Source: Camelus ferus
Taxonomy: Eukaryota
Assembly (NCBI RefSeq): GCF_009834535.1
Contig: NC_045696.1
Location: 35,900,001-35,964,000, forward strand
DNA: 64,000 bases
Direction: 5' to 3'
A program made the translations under genes and the position numbers. Shown piece after piece: positions 51,702 through 64,000 of the stretch. The notes under the pieces are model-generated. The model had not been told where the DNA came from and searched no databases. It saw only the letters and a list, made by a program, of their open reading frames with translations. How positions within the stretch are numbered: position 1 is the stretch's first letter; each line of letters opens with the position of its first letter.

Positions 51702-54700
51702 ATCTTTGTCTTATTTACCCGTTTATCCCCAACATCTAACATAAGACTTAGCATAATGCTTACCATTATAGCAGGCATTCAATTGAAACATTTTAAAGTA
51801 ATGAATTTACTGCTGAATCCAGATCAACTACTATAATCCAAAGGAAATTCTCCTCATGAAATATGTCTTTTACAATCTGTCTAATTAAGGTAAAATACAA
51901 TTTCCTATAATTTGTTTATTAATAAATTTTAAATAAGTAAATTTTATATTTAACTTTTATTCCCTAATAAATCACATGCTTTCTAAAAAATGGATTTTTC
52001 CAGTCTATACTTCTGATAGTGTGTACAAAGAAGAGCATTTAATAAATTAAGTATCTAATAAATATATCCATCAATTTATTAAATTTGACTTTTAATGTAT
52101 CACATACAATTCAAGAAGCAGTAAATTTTCCACATCATTTGCAACTGATTTGCTGACTAATCTGCCAACCTTAAAATAACGAATAAAACACAATCACTAT
52201 TAGAACAGTTTTCAACCTTGTTAATATAAAGGCTTCTAGGGTTAAATATGGTGATTTCTTTAGAAATATTTGGATTATAAATATGAGTGTCTTTTACAAT
52301 ACTCTCACACTTACCTGTAGCATAAGAGCCCAGGGTGCTATGTTCTCAAAAAGGCTAATCTGACAATGTGATTTTCTTAGAATACATTATATAACATTAT
52401 TTTTCTGCTTTTGATAGCATTTTCTATGTATTGAGTGAACATTCACATGAATTATCTCTTTCATACTCACTAGGTAGGATGGGTCATTGGTTTGAATGAA
52501 AAAACTGAAAAATACAAGTTGCCTGCATCACACACACATGCACACACATGCACCAATAAAAGACTCGTCTCTAAGGTCATCGCCCAGAGCATTTTTAAGT
52601 AAGTTGCCTCCTTTACAAGCCACAGGAAGTAGAGGAGGACTCATGGAAATCTTAACTGTGAAGAAAGAGAAATATATACCTTTGGCTCAAAATATAAAGA
52701 TCTTTTTAGTTGGCCAGTTACTGTGTAAAATTAAGGATACATGTATATTGACTTATCCTGCCTGTGGGCTTACTTTGGTTTGGTATGTCCAGAAGGGACC
52801 TTCTGACTTCGGGCATTTAGCCCTAGAAGAGCAATTCAAAATCTAGTAAGTGGAATTTTCCACTTTTTCACTGGTCATTTCACATTTTTAATGTATTGAG
52901 CTGGAACAGACCTAAACAATTTTCAAGTGACAGATTATCTCCCTAGAAAATAAGAAATTTACTCCGAGGATAAGGCATGGCAACTATGAATCAACAGTAA
53001 AATCAGTCTGGTTTTTTTAATTGTTTTTCAAAACAAGTTTCAGGGCTAAAAGGTTGCTTTTCAGACTTTTTAAAAGTAACACAAGTAGAAAAAATAATTT
53101 ATATTGCCAATTAGAAAAGATAATAAATATATAGCTATCTGCCCTAATTTAGCTCAACTTAAACATAATTAAAGTATGTATAGAAAGCTTATTGTAAACA
53201 ATATTTTTGTCTATCTCAATATTAAGGGAAATTTGTATTTTAAAAGACTTAATCTGAAAAGTATCAGATTTTGGGTTAAATTATGGACAATAAATTATTT
53301 AGTGGTCTTGGATTATGGAAGAAGTGCAAATTACTAGCAAATAAAAATATGGCAAAGGTGGAGTGATAAAGTATAAAGTATTATTGGGGTAAATGTTATT
53401 ATTACAGTAATCAACTTCAAGAAAACAAAGGCCATGGTTCACTTATATTTATTTTCATTCTTAATATTTGACAGCATAATAATTTTTCTGGTTTATCTTC
53501 TTGATACAGCATGGACACCTTTCAAAGATCTATTTTGCTGTTTAATTTTTGTCTTACCATTTTAGATTTATAATAGAAAAAGAATGATTTTACACCCCTT
53601 AATGCCTTAGCACCCAAGTAAATCTTTAATACAGGTCTACTGGACTGATCTGCATTTTTGTTACTGCAAACCTGTACATGAAAAATTAGTAAAGTGTAAT
53701 ATTCTGTACTGAAAAAATGCATATAGCTCAGAATTACTAGTTTGCTTTACCTTTTACACTCTCTAAAACAAATTAACCAAATATATTATTAAATGCAAAC
53801 CAGTGGTTGATTAATATTCTTTTTAAAAAATTAAGCACCCACACATTCAAAGTTGGAGTAGTGTTTTTCTTCTTTTATGACCTACCAAGGATCCACAACT
53901 TTGTATTGTACTCTCCCTCTAATTAGACTTACCCACCATTGTTTAGGAAACAGGCAAAAATCTGTTTAACATTATCTTCATGCCATCATGCTTTTACATT
54001 TCATTTTTTTCCTACATAAGAGATAACAAGGAAGCTTATGTATGCGTACGTTTTCAGAAACTGTTTTAGAAATTCAGCACAATTGCTTTGCACAGAAAAG
54101 CATGTACTGAATGGTTTATTTCACTGTTGTCTGAAAACCAGTTTTACTTTTTCCCTATATAACTTATAGATCCAAAATAACTACAAAAATCTCCTTTGAA
54201 GTCGGTCAGAATTCTGAGCTGAAGTAAATTCTCCTAGGAAAAGAAACAAAAGCTCCAAGATGGTTTTTAGAATTGCTTTACTCAACTATATGTCCAGAAT
54301 TCCAAATTCTATTAAACTTCTAATGATATTGTTGACACATAGACAATTTTGAAAGTTCACCGACTTACACACTTATTATACTAGCTACTCAGACCAAGCA
54401 TTCATTAAAATATGTAGGGGCCCAAATCTTGAAGATTATTAATATTTTGAGTATACTTGTTCTGCCATTTACACAATAAAGCACAGTCTCTGATAATCTT
54501 TGATACATTGCCAGCTATTATGTACTCCGTAAATTACTTCAATATGTTCACTTAAGATATCCATTTAACTGGGAATGTCTTAATATAGACAATACTTGGT
54601 ACTATGCAATTTGAAAATGAGCTTTTTTCTTTACTGTTTACTATGTGGGGCCATTAATTCACATTATTGGTTGTTAGAGTCATATTGGTTGACAAAATGT

Positions 54701-55690
54701 ATATTCTCTCTTATATTTCTCTCTATTGTGAATCTTGAGCTATTATATTAAATGTCCATTTAAATGGAAGTAGTGATTGGTTCCCCATTTTATTCTGATG
54801 CCTCTTTTTTCCCACTTGGTCTTTTTATCATTTTGACCTTAGGTTAATAAATACAAGAAACAATCTAAATGGAAAGATTAATTTAATGTTCATGTTTTCC
54901 TGGTATTAGATCTTTCTGCTCTGCTGGGTAGGAAGTAAACATTAAAGGGAAATGAACACTTAAAAATACTGTTTCATCACTCTCTTTGAACCCTCAAGGT
55001 ACTAAAGGTAATAAACGAAAGGGGAAAAGAGATGGAATCAAAGCGTGCAAGTGACTGTAGTATATTTGAAGTCACTTTGTTCTTTGAAGGTTCTGCTTAT
55101 TATCAGAGAAAACAAATTCTCGCAAAGCATGAAAACTGAGTTTTGATATTTTGTGAATATTGTTTTAATGGGATTCTTTTAATAAAGTACCCAAGATTTT
55201 CAAACTATCAAAGCTGCTTTAAATAGCAATGGGGTTTATCCTACGGCCAACAGGTAAAAATCTATAAAGACAGGCTAAAAAAGATTAAGTGCTCTCTTGG
55301 GAAAAACATAATTAAGAAAGATTTCACTGAAATACACAGAACTGAACATGATAGAAATAATGTCAAGCAGACTATTTTCCACTTAAAGAAGATAACAAGA
55401 TGAGGGTTCAGGAATGGGACTGGGGGAAAAAGGAAATTCAAGGCAGATGTCAGGAAGTACTTTTTCATGAAATAGATCACAAATACTTTGGAAAGAAGTC
55501 TAAATAGAAAAACTAAAGGCAAAGTGAAATCATTGGCTGTAGGGATTAAAGAAACTTTAATACACATTTTAAATGTAGAATATAAAACCAGAGAACACAT
55601 GATTATTTTTGTAGTTTATCATGCTTATTTTTAATTTTAATTAATCAAACCCAAAATAAAGTAATGCAACTCAAACTAATTTTAAATTAT

Positions 55691-55733
55691 GAAAGAAAAG
55701 AAAAAGAAAAAGAAAAAAAGAAAAAGAAAAAGA
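55691..55733. repeat. GA-rich simple repeat (GAAAA/GAAAAA)n
   Basis: GAAAGAAAAGAAAAAGAAAAAGAAAAAAAGAAAAAGAAAAAGA. Confidence 0.9.
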
Positions 55734-56286
55734 GGATGTACTAGTTTTACTAAATAAATTATTTGATCTACTACTTGTAAATCACTTATTCAAAAATGTG
55801 ACTCTGGACCTGTCATGGTCCTTTTTATTGAGTGATTATTCCAGGGGCTCTAATCAGGTGCCAATGTTCTATCTCAGAGTTTTCTTAAATATAGTCAGTC
55901 ACTTTACTTAAAATCATAGACTCATACACTTTTGATAACTGCCAGTATTTTAACACTTCTTAGATTTGATGCTTTAAATTTTATAGAAATTAAAGAAATA
56001 TATAAAATTGCAAACAAAGCTAGAGTCCAAAATCAGAACTTCTAAGACCTCCTTATAATTTCATGTCCTAGCAGAACTCAACCAACAGATCCAAGACTCT
56101 TCCCTTCCCTCCTCTCCCAAACTGTCTTGACCTCCTATTTTGTATATTTCTAACCCTGGACCTGGAATCAGTTATTCTTGGAAGCCACTGTTCTCTGCAG
56201 TGGGGAATAATTTTTATAGAACATAATTTGAGCTTTTCCAGCAGATAGAATTACAAACTACTTAATTTAAAAAATTATGATATCAT

Positions 56287-56872
56287 ACACACACACACAC
56301 ACACACATACACATGCACGCACACAATGGAATATTATTCAGTTGTGGAAAAGGAAGAGAATCCTACCATTTGCAAACACATGGATGAAACTTGAGGGCAT
56401 TATGCTAAGTGAAGTAAGTCAGACAGAGAAAGACACGTGATCTCATAATATCATTTCTATGTGAAATCTAAACAAAACAAAAGAACAAAAACAAAAACAC
56501 CAAACTCTTAGAACAGACAACAAAGTGGTGGCTGCCAGAGGCAGGGCAGCGAGGCAGGGGTGAAATGAGTTAAGGGACTCAAAAGGTACAAACTTCCAGT
56601 ATAAAATAAATAAGTCATGGTGATCTGTAAGATACAGCATGGTGACTATAGTTAATAATACTATATTGTATATTTGAAAGTTTCTAAAAGAATAGATCTT
56701 AAAAGCACTTATCACAAGAAAACAAATTTTGTAACTGTGTGGTATGGATGTTAACTAGACTTATTGTGGTGATTATTTTGCAGTATATACAAGTGTCAAA
56801 TCATTATGTTGTACACCTAAAACTAATGTTATATTCAAATTGTTTATCAATATAAATAAATAAATAAATAAA
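56287..56872 (+). mobile_element. L1MA9-like 3' end preceded by a (CA)n tract
   Basis: CACAATGGAATATTATTCAG..CTTGAGGGCATTATGCTAAGTGAA..TACAGCATGGTGACTATAGTTAATAATAC..GTTGTACACCTAAAACTAAT; (TAAA)n tail. Confidence 0.9.
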
Positions 56873-57566
56873 ATTTTTAAGGAATAAAGTGCCTGTATTG
56901 AAATAATATCACATATTTGGTGAATGTGCAATAAATATATACTAATTACATACTTAAAATTCATTCACTCAAAAAGGGTTTTACTAGCCATTAAATCCAA
57001 ATGAGTATGCCAGGCTATGGGGAACAGAGAGCATTAAAATGAATAAAACTGCATTACCATCCTTAAGGATTTGACAATATAGGAAGGGAGAAAGCATAAC
57101 AGTAGCTGTTCCATAGAGCAGTTAAAATAAATGCTATAAAATTCTCTTGCCCCTCCCCGAGAACAAAAACAGATGAGGAAAAAGCAAACAACTTAGAAGT
57201 TTTTGTGGTGGAATTTCAGGTACTAGATAGAACAGCTTGAGAGAAGAAACATAATAAACAGTGTCCACAGGACAAAGCTAAAGGATAGGAGAGAAGCTAG
57301 AGTTGGATAATAATACTATAGGAGAGGACTGCAGGTCAAAGAGACTTACTCCAAAGCTAATGACAGTGGATGTCAGAGACTGAATGGAATAGGATGGTAG
57401 ATGTCCTTGAGGAAATGCTAACTTAGAAAGTGGACTGATTGTGAACCAGCCAGTCTTTATACTCCAAATGAAATCTCAATATGTTGTTCTGGGTCTTGTT
57501 AAAATTCTAATCAAATGTGAATGTTTGTTGCTTGCTGATGAGCTAGCCTCTTTGAGAAAAAAAGTG

Positions 57567-57750
57567 TGTCAATAACCATGAAGGATCTGAAATTTACCCA
57601 ACTTGCAAGTTAACAAGTTGGCCTGCCAGTTTCATGGATTCTGGCAGAAAACATAAGACTCCTGGGCCAGAGGCAAAAAACATTATGGTTCACAGTAATT
57701 GCAGTAGCAAGAGTCAGTATTTTCTTTAGCTGGTTCCTCATGCCCTAATT
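57567..57750 (-). mobile_element. LTR40-like LTR 3' fragment (antisense)
   Basis: TGTCAATAAC..CAGTTTCATGGAT..GACTCCTGG resembles the reverse complement of 51600-51701. Confidence 0.65.
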
Positions 57751-58348
57751 CCTGAAGGAAGATCAAGTTTTTCTTAATTAGGTGCTTGGATCCAAGATGA
57801 CACCCTCCTAGGAAGATCTGGGCATTAAATCCAATTATATGTATTATGAAAAAATTTCCACAGATAATTTTGATTTACATTTTTTGCCAATACAATTTAA
57901 TAAAGTGTGAATTTGAAAAAAGTTCAGTAAGCTTAAATCTCATTGGAAATACATCAATTATTGGTCAACTCTTTATTCTAAGTAAACTTTGTATGTGTCT
58001 AGCACCATGACAGAAGTAGAAGGGACAAATGAAATTTTAATGAAATCTATGTTTTCTAAAAATTTGCATTTTAACTGGAAATATAAAAACATAAATCAGA
58101 AAAAAATTAAGTACCTGTAATACAGATAAAAAGATTAAAAGTAGCTGTGTAAATAGAAACATTTCAAAATAATAGTTCTTATAACAATGTATCAGATCAT
58201 GGTTTATTAGTTAAGAATTGGTTATCACATGTGCAAAAGATACTTTTCAAGATATCAACATTTTGCCATGAAACTAGAAATCAATGACAGAAAAACAAAA
58301 GAGAAAAAAAAGATTTCAACATTTATATTTGTCTATGCTACTTGTCAT

Positions 58349-58600
58349 GAGAGGCAATATACATAGTCATTAAAAGTATGCACACTGGAGTCAGGGCTCC
58401 AGAGTTGAAATCCAGCTGTTTGTCTTAGAACAAGTTATTTTAATCTTGCTAAACCTCTAAGTTCTCATCTGTAAAATAAGCATTAATAATTGAATTGACT
58501 TCATGCATTGTGATAAAGATTAAAAATTTAATATATGTAAATTCTTATAAAAGTATCTGTGACACAGTAACTGCTATATTCTAACTTTCACCATTATTTT
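58349..58600 (+). mobile_element. MIR SINE
   Basis: CTGGAGTCAG..GTTGAAATCCAGCT..CAAGTTATTTAATCT..CTCATCTGTAAAAT..GTGATAAAGATTAAA. Confidence 0.8.
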
Positions 58601-61599
58601 TAGGGACTGGATAGTTGTCCTCTATCAAGGCATATATATAACTGTTTATTTACTTGACTCTATTTCCTGTAAGTTGGTAAATACCATGAGATTAGGTACC
58701 ATATTGGATTTATCATATCTGCATTGTCAGATCTATTATAACCATGTTACAATTACTTATAAAAGGGTGGGCAGGAGGTAGGGGGTAAGAAAAGGAAAGA
58801 AGGAAGGAAAGCAAGCATGAAAATTAAAAAAAAAAGTGAATGAAAATCGTCACTCACATTTTATCAAGAAGACAGATACACATGCATTTAATTAAAATAC
58901 AGTTGCAACATTTTGTTGAGGAGTAAGTAAGGGGCAGGAATGGAGATGTCTATCTGAAGGAGAGATCCACAGGAGTTTAGGAAGGTCATGAGTGGGAGGG
59001 TATTCTGTGCAAAGAAAATAGTATAAACATACATATGAAGATGTTAAAAAGCATAGAATCTGTAAGGAAAAATGAGTTTTCTGTGGCCTCGTTATTTCAT
59101 TCACGGAGAAAATTGAACAACACAAAGCTGTAGTGGTAAATTAGTTCCAGACTTAGTAAGACTTGGTATGCCATTACATGTTTTTATATTGAATAAAATG
59201 AACTCAAGGGTTTTTTATTTCTTGTTTTTGTTTTTTGATTTTTTTTATTAATTCAGAAATGTATTTTAGATTTTAGATATTTTTACAGTTTTTTGAAGAA
59301 AAAAGATAAAAGGTTTTGCTTTGATTTTGCTAGCTTTGGGTAGTTTTGTAAGAAGACTATTTACATAAAAATAAGTATATGCAGCATGTTTTATCACTTT
59401 CCTATTGGAAATTTGAGCGGATCCTCATGCTATAAGACCTTCTGAATAATTAAGACACAGGGCTGTGATTCAGTAAATCTCGATGGTAGCCCACCCACTG
59501 GAAAGGGCCTCAGGTTTTCAACCCCTACCCACTACTGAATCCCCTCTACAACATCGCCACCAAGTGGTCACAAAGCACCTGCGGGAGGAGCTGGCTTGGG
59601 TACACCGTACAAATAAAACTACAGAGCTAAACTTTAAATATAATTAAATAGTTGTGCATTTAAGTTAAAACATGTACAATAGTGATATCTAATGCCCCCA
59701 ATTCTTAAAGAAGACTCACTTCTTTTTCAAATAGAGTTTGAGGATTAGATTTGAAACAGCTGCTTTTTAACCTTGAAAGTATTCATTTTTAAATATTTCT
59801 TTCCATATAACATATATTGGACAGAAGACAAGAAAAGAAGAAGACAGGAATTAACAAGCATGAACAGAGTACAGCATAAGAAAGCATGAAAGAAGGAACA
59901 GGAGTGGACAATAAATGAAAATAGTATAGTGTGCCTCTTCTATTGGCCTTTGCATTTTATTTTTATTTAAGGGATGAGCACAACTTTATTATAAAAGATT
60001 TATTAGTGTCACAAGTAATATTAGATAAGCTAGTGTTTTTATCAACCCAAGCAATAAACACTTAGATGTTTAAAACACTTGGCAAGACATAGGCAGAATT
60101 TGAAATGAGTTGAAAGGAATAGTCACAAATAATGAGATGTGCTGTTTGTTCCTAAACAGACACAGAGTACTAGCTTCTTATGGCAACTCAATGCTCAGGA
60201 AGTAATTCTACTAAGCTGATGCTACAAATCCTTATTGGTCACATAAAGCAACTACAATAACAAAACAAAACTAAACAAAATACCAGATCCAACTCTGAAT
60301 CAAAACAAAACTTTCTGCCAAGAAGACACAAAGCATGTACCTATGAGAACAGCAGGTAATAATATTCACTCCTTATCTCAATAAACACAGAATTGTTTAT
60401 GGATTAAAATAGCATCCACTCTAGAGTTTGCAACTCTGAGTATCTCTTTTCTAAAATAGTTTCACTATTATAGGGGAAACCACCAAACTATAGGTATCAT
60501 GGATGTGGCATCAAGGTATGTCACATCCAGACACTATTGCCAAATTTTTACTCCTTTACACACCTCAACGTTATTTTGATTCATTTATACATTTTTATAT
60601 CCTGCTTTGTTCATCACACAAACATGCGTGTGCACAGGCATGAGAGCATGTAACCCCCACCTCCAAAAAAATTCAGTGTGTAGTTGAGTGACTTAGAAAG
60701 AGAGAAAATAAGGAAGGGAAAATTATAAAACCAGGTCCAATAAGTCATACCAGGTAGTCCAGTGACGTTGCGAAAAGCAAGAGATGATCACTAGATGAAC
60801 TTAAAAGTAAGCTCTAAAGTCTTTCTTCTCACACTCATTGGACAGTAATTAGTCATTACAAAACTGCCATTGCATTGACTGTGTCTCCACTCTCCATGGC
60901 TGCCATCCAAGTGGCATTAGAATCTTTTACTACAGTCAGTCAAAATGACTGGATGTTGCTCTTGGGTACCCCTGCTGATAAGCAAAATCAGTATAGCTTT
61001 TGGACTGGGTGTGGAGAGTGCCCTGAAATGATTGGCTCACTTTTCCCTTTGAAACTATAGAAAGACTATATCTCCTGTCACAGGCTTCCCTCTTAAACCT
61101 ACTCTTTATGTGTCTGAAGTTAGTGGGCTCAGCATCCCACATTTTTACAACTGGGCCTGAGAGCAAGCATTCCTTTTTCCTTTGGTGGGGGGTGGGTGGT
61201 GAGACCTCTGTTTTCATATTTCAACAAGGATTCATTCCTTTAAAAGCACGTTAGTGGTGGTTTATTTTTTTTCCCCTCTTTTAGGGGAGGAAGAGGGCAG
61301 ATGATAACCAAATAAAACCAAAGCCTCTATATTTTGAGAAATAAATCTCAAATCTTGCCATTTTCAACTCATTTGGTTAAATAGAAAGATATTTTAAATG
61401 TAGTCTGTGACCAAATATAACTGAAGGTGTGATAAAATTTCCTGAGAACAAAAATGTAACCTTCTCCATGTGCCTTGAGTTCAGTCCCTCCTCCAAGTAT
61501 AGTCCCTACAAACACCTATTACTACTTGTCAGATAGTAAAAGCCAACATTTACAACCACACAGCACTTATGTCAGTCTCTGTTCTGGTAGTCTGAACAT

Positions 61600-61790
61600 A
61601 ATAATATAGTTACCCTTTCAAAAACCGTATGAGATATGAATTTTTCCCTTCGTGACAAATAAAGAAATTGAGGCAAAGAGCCATTAAATAACTTGCTAGA
61701 GTCACACAGCTGGTTGGTGGCAAAACCAGGATTCACATACACATGCAATCTGGTTCCCAAGCCCAAGATCTCATCTACTAGGATATTCTG
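61600..61790 (-). mobile_element. MIR SINE
   Basis: AAGAAATTGAGGCAAAGAG..TAACTTGCTAGAGTCACACAGCTGG..CCAGGATTCA. Confidence 0.75.
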
Positions 61791-62184
61791 CCTCTCAGAG
61801 AGGTGTGGATTTTCTATGCAGACATGTCTTCTATTATTAGGTTTTAGTCTTGTCATCATTTATTTTGATTCCAGAACCAAGTCACCATAACTGGACTTGG
61901 CTACTAATTAGATAGTCTCCGATTATTTAGGTAGACTCACAACACAATAAACCAAAATTAACCCTGGTGTTATATGCCTCTTTCAGGGAAGCCATTTTAA
62001 CGTTTTGTGGCTTGGTCTCTTCATTTATAAATTTAGGATTTTCATATAATTTGCTTCCCAATCAAAAAAGGAAACTGAGCATGAAGTGATTATGTAAACC
62101 AAAAGAGTTAAATTCCCTGAAGATTAGTGTCATAAAAGTAGCACTCAAATTGGCAGGACATCTCCTTAAAGATTCTGCATTATT

Positions 62185-62545
62185 TTTTCTCAACGGATAA
62201 ATTACATGGACTGTGGGTATAGGATCCCCTCGGATGTTTCAAAAATGTGACCATGATACTTCCACTTAGACCTACTCTATCAAAATCTCTGGAAGTTTGG
62301 AACCAGAATATGCATTTTATTAAGCTCCCATGTGATTCTTATATACTAGGATTTGATAATTATTGCTTTTGAACAAGCCTTGGTTCACCAACCTGCTGAC
62401 ACATTCAACTCCCCTGGGAGCTTTGAAAAAGTTAAACTGAATGAATCAGAATCTTGGGTGGGTATCGGGCCTGAGCATCTGATATTGTTAAAACTTGCCA
62501 GCTGCCTCATGCCACCCGTGCACTGAAGCCTGAGAACCACTGCTT
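62185..62545. mobile_element. Two adjacent MER5-like MITEs
   Basis: AGACCTACTCTATCAAAATCTCTGG..TGCATTTT..AAGCTCCCATGTGATTCT, then CCTGGGAGCTTTGAAAA..ATCAGAATCT..TGAGAACCACTG. Confidence 0.65.
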
Positions 62546-64000
62546 GCCTTCAAGTTCATAGAAAACCATGGAAAGTGAAGCACACCCTTTCTGATTTCAA
62601 TAATGTAGGAATGATTATTACATCACTAACCAGAAAACTGATCATCTTTTCCAGGCTATTCATTTCAATCTGTACGATTATTAATGTTGAAATGCATGTC
62701 CCTTCCTTATTTTCACAACAATAAGTGCCCTGGAAGCTACTGTATTGATTTCCTTTTCACCATTACAATGTGAGTATCCATAGCCAACTAGATCATGTAA
62801 CAGTGGGCTTGATTACATGGTTTTGGGGGTTGTTACACTTGTGTTTGTGGAGATTGTTGCTCTGACAGTATATGAACACACTAGGGAATGACATGCTTTT
62901 ATACACCCTAAGCTTCAAGCCCCAGTTATGCTCTTGAGATTTAAATACTATTCATGAGTGATGCTATACAGCCCGTTAAATCTCTTCACTCTTTCCATAT
63001 GGAAATGCTTTGCTTAAAACTGTTCCCTAGGGACAAAGAAAAAAGAGGAAATTATTTTTAAAATATGTTGGGAGTTTTACAGGGACATGCTATATACTGT
63101 ATACACAAGTGACAATTCTGAATAGACCGTGATGACCCAAGACTTTAATTTTGTGATTTAGTCTGACATTAACATCTTAATTCCCAGTTCAACAAATTCC
63201 AGTTCAACAGCATAATGAAGCTGGATGCCACACTTAATGCTGCTTTCAGAATGTACTTTGGGGGAATTGATTTAGGCCTTTTTTATCCTTGGGAAATATG
63301 ACTTTATGCTCTTAGCTTTAAAAATGAAAACAATATGTAATAAAATGAACACAGAAATGCACAACAAAAATGAGTGGGGATTAAGAGCCAATTGGCTAGA
63401 GACATGTCCCTTAGTCACTCTGGTTAGCAAAATCAACAGATATTTGGAGAGAAATGTTGATGATCAATAGAGAAAATACAGCATTGCATAAAGAAATACT
63501 ACTGCAATTCCAGATAGTTAGCTTAAAAGCTTCAAGAAACATGTCATACTTCAAGATAATCCAGGGGAAGTTGTGTTGCCTTGCACACAACTGAGGACAA
63601 ATCAAATTTTCTTAGCCAACAGAGACATTCGTGGATTTGAAAAGGCTTGCAGATGGTCTTCACAAATGATACCTTGGAGATAATGACATCAACTTTACAG
63701 GCGAGGTAAAAATCCAGTGGCTGGGATTTTGACAGCATGCGTTCCATTTAATGACAGTAAATAATAACTTCACATATTATATTGCACATTTTACATACTA
63801 TCCTGTAGGAGAATCACAGTGGAGTAAACAAAGGCAAAACAGATTCATATACAGTAGGCTGTGGTATGTTTCCCAACACTTTGATGTTCCTTCTTCTCCA
63901 TTTCAGTTACATCACATTGTTCCATGCCACCGGGTACCTGGTACCTGCGGTTACCTAGGACTAATACAGCAGTGATTTCTGTGATGACCAGGTATCTCAT

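Overview
AT-rich, CpG-depleted eutherian mammal genomic DNA, intronic or intergenic. The youngest L1 3' tails (..CTACACTGGAATTTGACACAACATTGTAAAATGACTAT..) resemble camelid L1s as I recall them; the species assignment is an inference. I recognise no protein-coding gene, tRNA or rRNA. The only ORFs with recognisable products are decayed LINE-1 ORF1/ORF2 pieces. Much of the window is repeats: several generations of L1, plus L2, MIR, MaLR/ERVL/ERV1 solo LTRs, MER5 DNA transposons and microsatellites. Repeat family names are from memory of consensus sequences and old-repeat boundaries are approximate. The most notable structures are: (1) a TSD-bounded L1 carrying ~300 bp of non-L1 sequence in place of its own 3' UTR (candidate 3' transduction, 40841-41873); (2) a TSD-bounded L1 with full 5' UTR and ORF1 that lacks almost all of ORF2, joined at an AG (26537-29623); (3) a non-repeat CpG-retaining patch with a Kozak-led 44-aa hydrophobic small ORF (14752-15070); (4) a locally templated substitution inside an L1; (5) two perfect hairpins; (6) unproven minus-strand micro-exon candidates. 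I see no convincing novel multi-gene system.
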